The notes beneath the pieces are model-generated. The model had not been told where the DNA came from, did no database searches, and saw only the letters and a list, made by a program, of their open reading frames with translations. The position numbers were made by a program, and so were the translations under genes. A stretch of DNA of 64,000 nucleotides from Phoronis australis (Eukaryota; Animalia; Phoronida), in assembly GCA_002633005.1 (NCBI GenBank), contig NMRA01000372.1:273058-337057 (forward strand). Reading direction: 5' to 3'. Positions 24,213 to 36,300 of the stretch are shown piece by piece (position 1 is the stretch's first letter; the number at the start of each line of letters is the position of its first letter).

Positions 24213-27200
24213 AAATAGATTTCTGTTAAAAGCGATGACATGTTCCCGTTTTTGGATGGATTCGACATGTTTTGCGCCATCTAGTGGCCATTTTTACTGT
24301 TTTCTAGTCTGCTTTTGGCATCAGCAAAGACGTTAATGGTCTCTGACGTCAGCCGCTCTGTCAACCAAACCACTCTAAGGATGATTGTGAAAATTGGCAT
24401 ATATGTTCTTATTGTGAAGAGGACGGTTGACGATGATTTTGTGATGACTTCGATTGCTGTGGCGCCTCCTACTGGCAATTATGTTTTGTTTTTGCGCCCA
24501 TAGCTGTATCTATTGCAGGACCTTTATTAAATTTAGCAAGTTTAGATACATGAAGTTGACAACGGACGAGTTTCAGAGGGATCCAACCAGTAGCAGACGC
24601 ATCCAACGAACGCTGTGCCCCTATAATAGCAATTTCATTATTTTCCGCCCCCTTTTGTTTCCCCGAAGTAACTTGGCAGATTTTTACAGCTTTCTGTTAA
24701 AGAAACGACGAAGGCACGTTCCCATTTCCGGATGGTTTTGACGTATTTTGCGTCATCTTGTGCCCATTTTTATTATGCGCCCACATATTTATATGTGGAC
24801 GCATTATGGCGTCATCTCTGTCCGTCCGTCCGGGCGGCGTCCGACGTCCGCTGCTCTANCTTAGTAAAAGATCCACTTTCTCAAAAATTCGAGTCCCCTC
24901 GACTTCAGTTTTGGCAGGGTGATCTATAACATATGTTAGCGAATCTCGGGTCAGATGAATTTTCAAAAGTCCTCGACGGATTTTCATAAAATTTGACATC
25001 TGTGAGATGACGGTACCCTCCCGTTTTCGGATGGATTCGAGGTATTCTGCACCATTTAGTGACCACTTTTAGTGTTCGTCGCTCTGTCGACCAAAATACT
25101 CTAAGGATGATTGTCTGAATTAGGGGAGTGCTAACGATTATTTTCAGACGAATTCGTCTACTGTGGTGCCTCCTAGTGGCAGTTTTTTGGTCATGGTTGT
25201 TTCTCCTAAACACCCTGCAGAATCTTTAGTAAATTTAGCAAGTGTATTTATATGACGTTGACAACGGACGATGACGATCTGACAACCGGTGTGCCCCCTT
25301 GTGGCAATTTTAATTTTTTACGTTGAATTCTGTATCTTCAAAGGTCCTCAACGAATTTTCATGAAATTTGGATTAAGCATTTTTTGGTGAAATGACGCTA
25401 TCCTCCCGTTTTTTGGATGGATTCGAGATATTTTGCCTTACCTAGTGGCCATGTTTGCTGTTTTTGATTATGTTTTTGGAGTCCGACACTCTACCAACGA
25501 AACCCCTCTAAGGATGATTTTGAAAACTGGCATATTTGTTCTTAGTGTCGGTGTAGAGGAGAGTTGGTGATGACGACTGGGGCCTCCTATTGGTAGTTTT
25601 GTAGACTTTTGCGCCCATAGCTGTACATGTATCTCCTAATTAAACCAGTTGCTGGATCTTTATGGAGTTTAGCAAGTGTATTCATATGAAGTTGACAACG
25701 GACGACTTTCAGACAAATTTCATTGTTACCGCTTCCCTCTGTTTTTGAAGCTCCGTTACGGATTTTTATGAAATTAAATAGATTTCTTAATAAAAACAAC
25801 TACAGTTTTAAATGGAGTTGACATGTTTCGGTGCCATTTATTCAAACACCATCATCAAAAGAGAGAATATACTGGCACACCACAAGTTGTCATTGTTTGA
25901 ATGTCTAGTTTATTGTCACTCCCTGTAACTGCCTGTGTCTGTGTTTCATCACTTGTTGCTGAGCCTAGCTAGGTGGCCACTATATTCTCTCTTCTGATGA
26001 TGGTGTTTGAATAAATGACACCGAAACATGTCAAGTCGGTTTAAAACCGTAGTTGTTTTATTAATGTATGCTGCTACTTGCTATCATGGAAATAGATTTC
26101 TGTTAAAAGCGATGACATGTTCCCGTTTTTGGATGGATTCGACATGTTTTGCGCCATCTAGTGGCCATTTTTACTGTTTTCTAGTCTGCTTTTGGCATCA
26201 GCAAAGACGTTAATGGTCTCTGACGTCAGCCTCTCAGTCAACCAAACCACTCTAAGGATGATTGTGAAAATTGGCATATATGTTCTTATTGTGAAGAGGA
26301 CGGTTGACGATGATTTTGTGATGACTTCGATTGCTGTGGCGCCTCCTACTGGCAATTATGTTTTGTTTTTGCGCCCATAGCTGTATCTATTGCAGGACCT
26401 TTATTAAATTTAGCAAGTTTAGATACATGAAGTTGACAACGGACGAGTTTCAGAGGGATCCAACCAGTAGCAGACGCATCCAACGAACGCTGTGCCCCTA
26501 TAATAGCAATTTCATTATTTTCCGCCCCCTTTTGTTTCCCCGAAGTAACTTGGCAGATTTTTACAGCTTTCTGTTAAAGAAACGACGAAGGCACGTTCCC
26601 ATTTCCGGATGGTTTTGACGTATTTTGCGTCATCTTGTGCCCATTTTTATTATGCGCCCACATATTTATATGTGGACGCATTATGGCGTCATCTCTGTCC
26701 GTCCGTCCGGGCGGCGTCCGACGTCCGCTGCTCTATCTCCAAAACCCTTTGACATACGTTCATGAAATTTGGCACATATGTTCCATTCATGAATGGGACG
26801 GCATGTGCGAACTATCGGACGGATCCGACTACCGGTGTGCCCCCTAGTGGCAATTTTAGTTTTTTACGCTTACCTTTGTATCTTCAAAAGTCCTTAACGG
26901 ATTTTCATGAAATTTGGTATGTAGGCACCTGTTAGTGAGATGACGCTATCCTGCCGTTTTCAGATGGATTCGACATAGTTCGCGCCACCTAGTGGCCATT
27001 TTTAGTGTTTTCGAGTCTGTGTTTGTGCGTCCACCCCTCTATCAACCAAACCGCTCAAAGGATGATTGTGAAAATTGGCGTGTATGTGCTTACTATGAGG
27101 AAGACAGCTGACAATGATTTTCAGACGATTTGGACTACTGTGGCGCCTCCTAGTGGCAGTTTTGTTTTTTTGCGCCCATGGCTGTATCTCCCAAACCGTT

Positions 27201-27785
27201 TGCAGGATCTTTACTAAATTTAGCAAGTGTATTTATGTGATGTTGACAACGGACGATGACGACTTTAGGATGATTCTGATTACCGGTATGCCTCTAGTGG
27301 CAATTTTAGTATTTGCCTCTAGTGGCAATTTTAGTATTTTACATTGACCTCTGTATTTTCATAGGTCTTCAGGTGTATACTTTGTGTTACTTCGTGACTG
27401 TGAAGGAAAAGTTCCAAGTAGAAATTTGTTTCTGGCATTCTAATGCTGTGCTAATCTCGTATGTTGGTAAATTTGTTTTTAATTCTATGTTTCTGTGGTG
27501 CTTTAAGCAACTGGTGTTTAGGATGTGCTTGTATTATGAAGATTACTCACATTTTGCCCCTAGCCTATTGAGGAGACAATGTTCACGCCTTTCCATTTTG
27601 CTAAGTACAACATACATATATGCCCTCTACTGGCCACTTTATGGTACCAATAAACAACCATAGAAGGATACCGTTTGCGGTGCAATTGTGGGCGCATTTC
27701 AACGCTCTGCGTTGCTCTTGTGATTCCATCAACACTCCTAGATTATGCAAAACCGTTTGCACCGCGTTGCCGTTCAAGGTGTTGT

Positions 27786-27925
27786 CATACGCGCATCCAG
27801 GAGGGGCTCGAGAGGCTCGAACTTGAACATGTTTTTTAAAGTCCTCCCGCTTTTTTGTTACCAAAAGGTCCACTCTGTCAGAGATTCGAGCCCCCCCCTC
27901 ATATTAAATGCTAGGTGCGCGCATG
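27786..27925. mobile_element. Family B MITE with 5-bp TSD
   Basis: TIR CATACGCGCATCCAG / CTAGGTGCGCGCATG; perfect TSD GTTGT. Confidence 0.8.
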
Positions 27926-30380
27926 GTTGTGTTGTTCTTTCGGCGTTGAACTCAGTCGTAAGATATGTAACCCGTAATGAAGGGTTTCCTACGTACTGAA
28001 CGCACCGATGTGCATTTGTTCAATTTCTTTAGAATAACGTGTTAAAGAACTTGCGGGGAGTTTACATGTACTGTCTACAAGCTTCAAAAACTTCAATCTG
28101 TTGAAATTATTAAAACAACAGTGCGCCTGACAAATATTTTATTCTCAAACGACACGATAAGTTCCAGCTGTACCAGTAGAGCACGGTATATCCATGCTAA
28201 TGAAGTCACACGGATATATGTATAAAGAAGATAAAATAAAACATGTCAAATGGACGGTATCCGATTCAAATAAGGCACTACATTTAAACAAACCTAAGAT
28301 ATAACGGCTGTTAACGCCACCTGGTGTCCACCCGATGGACAAGACCGTGAGAATCAGTTTTGACTTCCGGACTTGAGCCGAAATTGTTTGGTTCTAACTT
28401 TCCCTGTTAACATCTAACCATAAGGTAATCAGTTTTGGCCTCGTGATGGCATACGACTGAATGCGATTTGACTTAGTATATCGCCAAATGTAGCATTAGA
28501 CTTGGGTACAAATTTAAACACAATAAGCTTAATCAGAAAGGTTACATCGCCAAATGCGGTCAGAAATACACGAGGAAACTTGAGTAGTTCACTCAAAAAT
28601 AACGTTCACGACGGTAAAATTTGGACTACACTATATCAAATTACATTTTAATAAAAAACGCAAAATTTTAATCAAGCTTTTGGCGATCTTATTCAGCAAA
28701 CAATAATTATTTTAACCATTCACATAGTCTTCCGATTCTTTGACACAAAATACCAGTAATTACAAAAAGTCCTTACACTAAACAAAACGTTCATCTGACG
28801 CCCAAATGAATATTCAATTGCAAGTTCACGCATGCGCGATCTTGAGATTAAGCAAGATTCCATGTTCACACACAAAATCACCAACGCACATGACTCGTCC
28901 TAAACAACGAACGTGTTCGATGGAGTCGCCAAAAGGTGGTGCTAAAGGAGTTTCATATATATGTTCTGGTCCATGGTCATACTGAGCCGCGCCGGAATTC
29001 CGCGTATGCATGGGCGGCGCAGCACTGAAAAGTGGGGCTGTGTGTGAAACACTTGAATAACGCCAAGGAATAAATTTTTACTATTGTACCTTAGTGGAAA
29101 TTGGATTCATTCTTTGCAAGACACAAGGGATAAAAATCTCAAGAATGAACAAAAACACGGGAGAACACCCAGCCTTCAATAACTGCGCTTTACATAACAC
29201 GTTAAAATTATACAAAATATTAAAATCTATGAAATAATAAACAGTGCCAAACACCTGGCTAATATTATGACGGCAACAGCGCCACATTATGGGCAAAATG
29301 AAAGATAACCCGATATCACAATACGCTCCCGAGTGTAAATTTACTAAAGTTTACTTAACACCCAAATAATGTTTACCTTAAATTCTGGCGTACGGGTACA
29401 AGCACGACAACTGCAAACCGAGAAGCGATCACGTAAACAGTCCTAACTTTAAAAGGTTAACAAACATTAATTGTTGAGCTTTCGAAACGAAATAACTTGA
29501 CATGTAACATACATGTATGTCATCCCACGGGAGTGTGGATGCAATGGACAACTCGAAGTGTGTTAACTCAGGGAAGCGTGTCATTCTCTGGTTTTAGTGA
29601 TAGATGGCAGTGGTCAAGGGCGAAAGGCCTCGAACTACCGGGTACGTTTGCCAACACAGTCGGGGTCGAGTTTTGACTGTGCGATGCTTTTATCTCTCAT
29701 GGGAAGTACGACAGAGTTTTGAAAGTAGATCACTGGATCAGGTTTGGCTGAAATTCTTGAAAACAAGTTTACGCTAAAAGTCATAGGTAGTGGTTCTGTT
29801 CTGTACTTCGACACATGAAACCCGCGCTCACTGATTGAGAAAATACATGTACAAACGCACGCCGGCACCATTTATATCCAAGCTCGGGTGTTTATTCTTT
29901 TCGTTTTTGAAAAGCTACACAAAGGCACGTAAGTGAAGTTTGAAACGACATGGTGTGTCAAGCGATGAGAAAAAAAATAATATAATACCACATCACCGAC
30001 TCCATTTTCAAAAAGGTCAGAACCACCTATGATCATTTGGCCTTAGTATCCTTTCAAAAAGTGCGATAACTGTACAATTAAAAATATATCTTTTCCTTAC
30101 GATGGTAGATCCATGATCTTGCCGTGGGCATCCGACAACGGAAACACGCAGGAAAGCTTGATATTCCTCCGCGCCTCTTGTGTGCCCATAGCCCGGCATT
30201 GAATAATTGCATGCCTGGATCCACACTCGCTGTATATGTGTATTGCTGCTAAACGCATGTCGTATTATTACACACACTTGGTGACAACGGCACCTTAATA
30301 GTGCAGAGTACTGAATGTACATGTACTAATTGAAATGAAGAGTCGGCCATTCATTCCTCGTCAGGTGGGGCTCCAAGTTC

Positions 30381-33300
30381 CTAGACCCAAGTCGCTTTCA
30401 AATTACAGGAACCAGAGTCAATATCTTGATCAGAATTATACAGGCATATTCCTTGGTTGTTAGCTGAAACGTTAGACAACAATATGTAAATAAAAAGAAT
30501 AGGCTCTAGGCCTACATGTCTAGTAATATACGGTAGAAAGTTCCGACCTGAATGTTCCGAGCCTTGTCATTACAGACGGGTTGTAAGAGGTCAGCCGCAG
30601 AATGTCCGTGGTCATTTTTAGTGCAGTCGACCGATCCATTGATTAGTTAGCTTACCACCACGTTGATATAAATTGTACATGCACTACACAAGGTAGCCAG
30701 GTAAAAAAATACAAAATCATCCCGGCTTTTAAAAAATCATTTCCACGGACACTCATGAGAGCGAAATCTAAGGTTATGTACATGTAATACACCATGAACA
30801 AAGTTGCTCCACAAAAAGCTGGCTCAGACTAATCACTCATGAATTCATTGCGCCATAAACAAAATAATTCCCAGTTGAAGGTGACGTGCAGTTTCATTTA
30901 TCGACGCTCATTACCTGAATGACCATATATATAGAACAATTCTAGTGCCACAGAACCAGAGAAAACTCGGGTAAAACATATTAATTTTCGCTATTGGGTA
31001 CTTTTTCACCTGTTAGTCAAATTAGATAACGCGACAACTATATGTAGACAAGTGGTACGCCACTTACGTGCGAAATGTAGAGTTCCGTCAGCGGCACTAA
31101 AACCCATTTCGTTATGAAGAACTCGAGAACTCCGAGAGAGGTCGGTTTCGTAGGGTATTTTCCTGTGCATAGTAACATCGGATAAATCCTGAAATTGCAT
31201 GAGCCATGGTAAGTTATACAGTCCCACATTGGCAGCACTAATTGATTGTTCCTCCGCATCCGTTGGCTAAGACATGTATCTGATTGGTCTGTGAGCCGGA
31301 AGTCGTCATCGAAAACCCGAGTCCGATGTTTTAGCAAGTTGACCAAGCGGAAGCAGCTAAGTCGATCAAGTCCTGTCACCGTAAACAAATCGACCTTATG
31401 ATCGACTTTGTGCTTCCCTTAGTTGTAGCCGTAACGTACAGAACATGGCATCTCATAAATGGCGGCACATGAGTTCAAATAGAATTCTTTGATATTGCAA
31501 TGTACGCACTTCTTTCATTAACGCCGATAGGGATTGTTTCTCTCTTGTAGAAATTGCGGGTAATTAAAGATTGGGTGTTCTGGAATTTTGTTGAAAATGA
31601 CTTTATTTGAAAATTAAAAACGAAAAAATACTGTAAAAACTGAGCTATGCTCAATCTTGAGAACAAAAAACTCCCGCCCTCTTTGAGTTACCCAGCCCCT
31701 GTCTGGATTATTTTGTCGAGCGTCGTCCAGTTATGTACGAAAACAATAAACTCGTGGGATGTCAAGTTACCAAAGCAAAATCGCAGACAATGAGGACAGC
31801 GGAAGACGCATGTTAACTGCCATCCCGCTGAGGGACCGGTCTGTATAACAAACTGTTACAGTTAGTTGGGGATTATTCCGTTCGAGATTCTGACCATTAG
31901 TCTGGTTTCATTTCACGAAAAATTATGACAATGTTCAATCTTGGAGATCTGTATCAAACGAAATTTGGCCATGTTCTTGATACACTTTTATTTCTTTGAA
32001 TGGGCCATTCTTTTTGCCAAATTTTATCCAAAAAGCATGGTTATTTGAACCAATCAATGGAAACATTTTATTTATTCTCCCAGCATGTTACTTTTGGAAG
32101 CCGTGTACTTTTACTAGTGAGTTAAAATCCACTGTGAAGTCTTCAAGGGTGGCAAGGTTAAACGCAAGTGAAGTAGTAACGAATACGAACGAAGCCCATA
32201 CTCCGTTGGAAAATATCTGCTCGTACCGGAACTGGCAAGTTAGATATCACCTGAAAATGATTCGTCGTCAAAGATGAGCTAGTACATTGTGTTTTATTTC
32301 TGGATCATATTGGCTTGTCACTGCTGTTCTGTACACTTTTGAAACGTTCTTATTTAAGCCCACGAATGCACTGTTAAAGTGCCAAAATTAAAGTACCGAA
32401 TAACCTTTTCCTGATCGAAAAGTAAAGTGAACATGCAAAATACACATATATCACGACACTCACTTGCAAAGCGCGCGTCCTGGTTAAGTTGCTGACAGTG
32501 TGCCAGGTGTCGCCACAGTCGTGACTACGTAAGAAAGTTAGATCACGGGCCTGTCCGTAAAGAAGTCCGCATCCCATGAAGTCTGGCTTCTGTGTGTTCT
32601 TGTGGAACAAGACGTTCACTAAGTTATCGTCAAGCGCTGTAAAAGGTATAGTTCCGTGAGTGGTTACACATTCACTGGAATTGTGCATTTTTTCAAACCT
32701 CTTACTTTCTATCCGTAAAGGCTACATACAAGAGAAGTAGTGCTCGATTCTACCTTGTCTTCCACAGAGATCAACAGTTGATACTACCTCTCGGCTGGAG
32801 ACCATAAGAAGAAATGGCGTTTTAGCGATGGTTAAGTTAATTACGTACTGCAAATTCAGTTGACATTTTGATGGATTTCGCTGAAACTTCTTAAACTTAA
32901 AATCGACCAAGGCGTTATTTTCTATGAATGTACCTTTCTTAAAAATTAAAATTTGACTTAAAAGTCTGTTAACCTAATAATAACAATGGCCCATGAATAT
33001 AAACTTTATTTTTATAATCCCTGATATCTTTTTCTTTCAGAAAATATGTAATTTTACTAGTTGACAAAGCCTGGTTTTTTGATATAAGAGTTATAATGAA
33101 GGCCGCTAACTAAGGTTTGAGGTCTGCTCACTCAGCTTGTGCGGAACCCTGCTTTGCAGGTTGTTATAGCCCAGTTGGCTGTTTGGTGTACCCACTTGGT
33201 ACTTTATATGATATTTGCCCATTTGGCAGTTTGTACCCACTTGGTACTTGTTATTGAATTTGCCGTTTTGCTCGACCCAGTTGGTAGGCAATCGGCCAAT

Positions 33301-36300
33301 ACCCATTTGGTATTATGTACCCATTTAGTACTATGCTAACCTGTGTCACTTAGCATCCGATACTCAATTGTACTTTGGGTATCGGAAATGTGTGTGTTAT
33401 CTCTTGTAATTAAGGAACCCATCTGGTTCCTTCTGTGAAATATTTATTTGTAGAGCTGTGACCCTGAAATTCCCAATACAACTTAAAATATACATTATTC
33501 TTGTTGTTTTATTTGTCCCCAATAACCTTAATTCTTCACCTATTTGGAACACGATATGGAGAACAAGTGAAATTGTATCTTGTCAAAATAGCACACTGGT
33601 ATCATCACACAACATTTGATTAAGTTTCTATGGTTACGGCACAATATCACCCATTGAAACATTGATAAATGTCAATTTTGGCAATTATTTCCGCACGAAA
33701 TTAGTGATCGAAGAATTACGTATACATATACATGTACACCTACACTGTACACGTATACGAAAAAAGCTGGCAATGGGTAATTTTAAACATCACATGCGCA
33801 CAAAATACTTACGGACCCAACCTAGGGTTGAAGGATTCTCCATCTTCGAGCAAACAGGGACCATGTCACTGTAAAATTGACAATGTAAATTTTGTATTTT
33901 TTAATTTTCCAATATGAAACTTTCAAGCTAGTACATGTACAGTACTTAATTAGTTATGACTAACTGTATTATTAAAGCTGTCCTGCATTAATTTGAAATT
34001 ACGCTGATTCGCAAAATATCTATCGACATCTCTCTCCCTTTAATTTGTACTATTTGTACCGCTATGCAAGTCTTTTCACACCAGCCATTGTATAATTGAT
34101 TCATACATGTACATCTTCAACAAGAAAATCAAAAAAGCCATTTTTATATTTCACTAACTTGTCAACTAATAAATGTCTCCAAGAATTTAGCCGTCGTCAA
34201 GGTCATGGCCATCAGCATAAAGTCTGCCATCACGTACAATCTCATAAAGCCCCGTTTATCACTATGACTACCGCCACCACCACCTAAACCAGCACCTCAA
34301 TCAACGCCACCATCGTCACCACCACCTACAAATGTACCTTGCACATGACTGCGTACAAACAAACACCATGAGTCGAGTGTGCGGGTTGATAAGATATCCA
34401 CGTTGGTACTCTGGCATTGAACTTGGTGCCGTCCGTTTTATCATGCTGCAAGCCTCTGAAATGGTTATACAAAGAACGATTAAGCCACTCGTAAAATATT
34501 TTCGTATGCCCAAATAACTAAAAACTTCCAAACTAGGACAATGTCAGATGGGAGCTGCCTTGTTTCGATGCATATACTGAACAACCTCATAATAACGCCA
34601 GTTTTTTCATCTTGGTATGTCTTGAGCTGTGTTACACGTACATGTATATGAACATCAAAAATATTACTACTGATGTCGACGTCTTTTGATTAAACCCTCT
34701 TGACAATGCTTTGATCGTTTTATTCGACAAATTTTCTTGGAAACAGTTTTGGTTGACTTAGCGAACTGGATGCTGACTTCTATCTGGGCATGAAGGCATT
34801 TATGACTTTCTGAAACGATGAAACCGTGTCATAAAATAACATGTCACGGAGTGTGTGGACGGTTCAAACTAATATTACATGTATATTGTCCTTTCTGTAT
34901 CTCTGTGGTAAACAGTTTTTCATGAATTTTAAATCAAGCATGAATTCACCATCTCCGTTTGAAACGAGGTGTACAGTGTAATTAGCGTCGACAACGAATA
35001 AATAAGAGCCTGTTATCCAGTGATGTAAAAGACATGTTGTGTAAACTTAGCATCTGCCACAATGTAAGTAAAGGGAAACAGATTGGTCGGAGCAGGACAA
35101 AAGTTTTATGGTGCTGAAACAGTTACTGAAGGACAGAAAAGAAACCAAATCTACAAACAGTTTGACGTCACAGAAAGTGAACTTGAGGAATCCTCCTGGC
35201 ACACTTTTTGACAAATTACGAAATTGTGCATACATTTAATATTTGAATGGGTATCTTTGGAGAGTTTTTTCTTTCTTCAAGCTCTTTTCTATTTGTCTAA
35301 CTGAATCGACAGTCCGAAGTTACGCCACCGAATAAAGTACAGTGTAAATTAAAGAATTAGACACCTGACTGGAAATCGCTACATGTTCTTCTGTTCTAGA
35401 AATCTCCCCCATCTAATATTTACGCAAATCTCGACCGGCCTCTTTCTCGAAGGGTCCATACCTAAAAACTGGTTTTTGTCTCTTGACGTTCAAGTTGGCT
35501 TTTAGTCTGTTCTCTAGCAGGCTTTGGATGCCTTTCTTTGGCTTCGAGCCGTAGAATGATTTTCAAAAGACAATAGGCTCTCCGCGAAAAAGAACTACAT
35601 GACGTAAATTTACATGACGTGAACGGTACACTTGCGTGAACCGTAAATTCTGATGTCACTTAGTGGTGACGTGTCATGTCAGTCGTACATGACACAATTT
35701 GGGCCCGGAATTAAGAAAAGACATGCCGTAGCACTGGATCCAAAACGTCAAAATGACGTCATGCTAAACATTCCTATTAATATCTAGTAGCTTACATGAA
35801 GAATATATCAACACCTCACCTTCAGCTGTGTAATCTGATGATATGACTTTACCATAAAGTTCGACTTTAATGGTATATTTAGCTTGGCCATTGTTGCTTT
35901 CGACAGGAATAATACGAACACAGCGCGCTTGGGCCTGCCATGTAGTTAGTCTGACGAAGTATGTGTCGTTGGGTATACCGGGAGGGTAACCCGACCTGTT
36001 ACTGCTGACTTCAAATATCTGCAGAGAAAAAAAAATAAATCAGAAACGGCATCGAATCAAACTTTTGGCAACAAAATTAATTCACATATGGGCTTTTCCA
36101 TAACACAAAAATCGTGACCCGAGATCACAGGCTTCGTTCAACTCTGCGTTTGTCTCGCATCCAGTTTCCATTGGCGTTACAGTCTGGTGAACATCCCGAA
36201 ATCGAGGCCAATTGATCAGATTTTCCCGTCCACAATGAATCCGATTTGCATGCATATCTCAATATTTCAAATTGTCTTTTCATTTTCTGCACACTGTTAT

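Larger units (their letters stand above)
21863..26735. repeat. Tandem duplication 21863-24858 / 24860-26735, likely an uncollapsed haplotype; the first copy has an extra ~1.1 kb (21961-23060)
   Basis: Near-identical copies joined by a single N at 24859; identical ORF-track peptides recur (e.g. 24151 vs 26028). Confidence 0.85.
22375..27370 (+). mobile_element. Cluster of Helentron-associated (DINE-1/HINE-like) non-autonomous elements with internal tandem core repeats
   Basis: T-rich start, short hairpin (tgcgcccacatatttatatgtggacgca), (GTCC)n microsatellite, then degenerate repeated units with ccacctagtggc and tgaaatttggca motifs; element starts at ~22375, ~24766 and ~26643. Confidence 0.65.

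Noticed and set aside
32158-32250. Alternative terminal exon (VISNLPVP...) for the (-) strand gene
   Set aside because: The chain via 31188-31068 and 30463-30381 has strong splice sites and matching phases; nothing else supports this short frame.
33170-33380. Spaced short repeats superficially like a CRISPR array
   Set aside because: Degenerate minisatellite in a eukaryotic intron; no constant repeat or spacer length and no cas genes.
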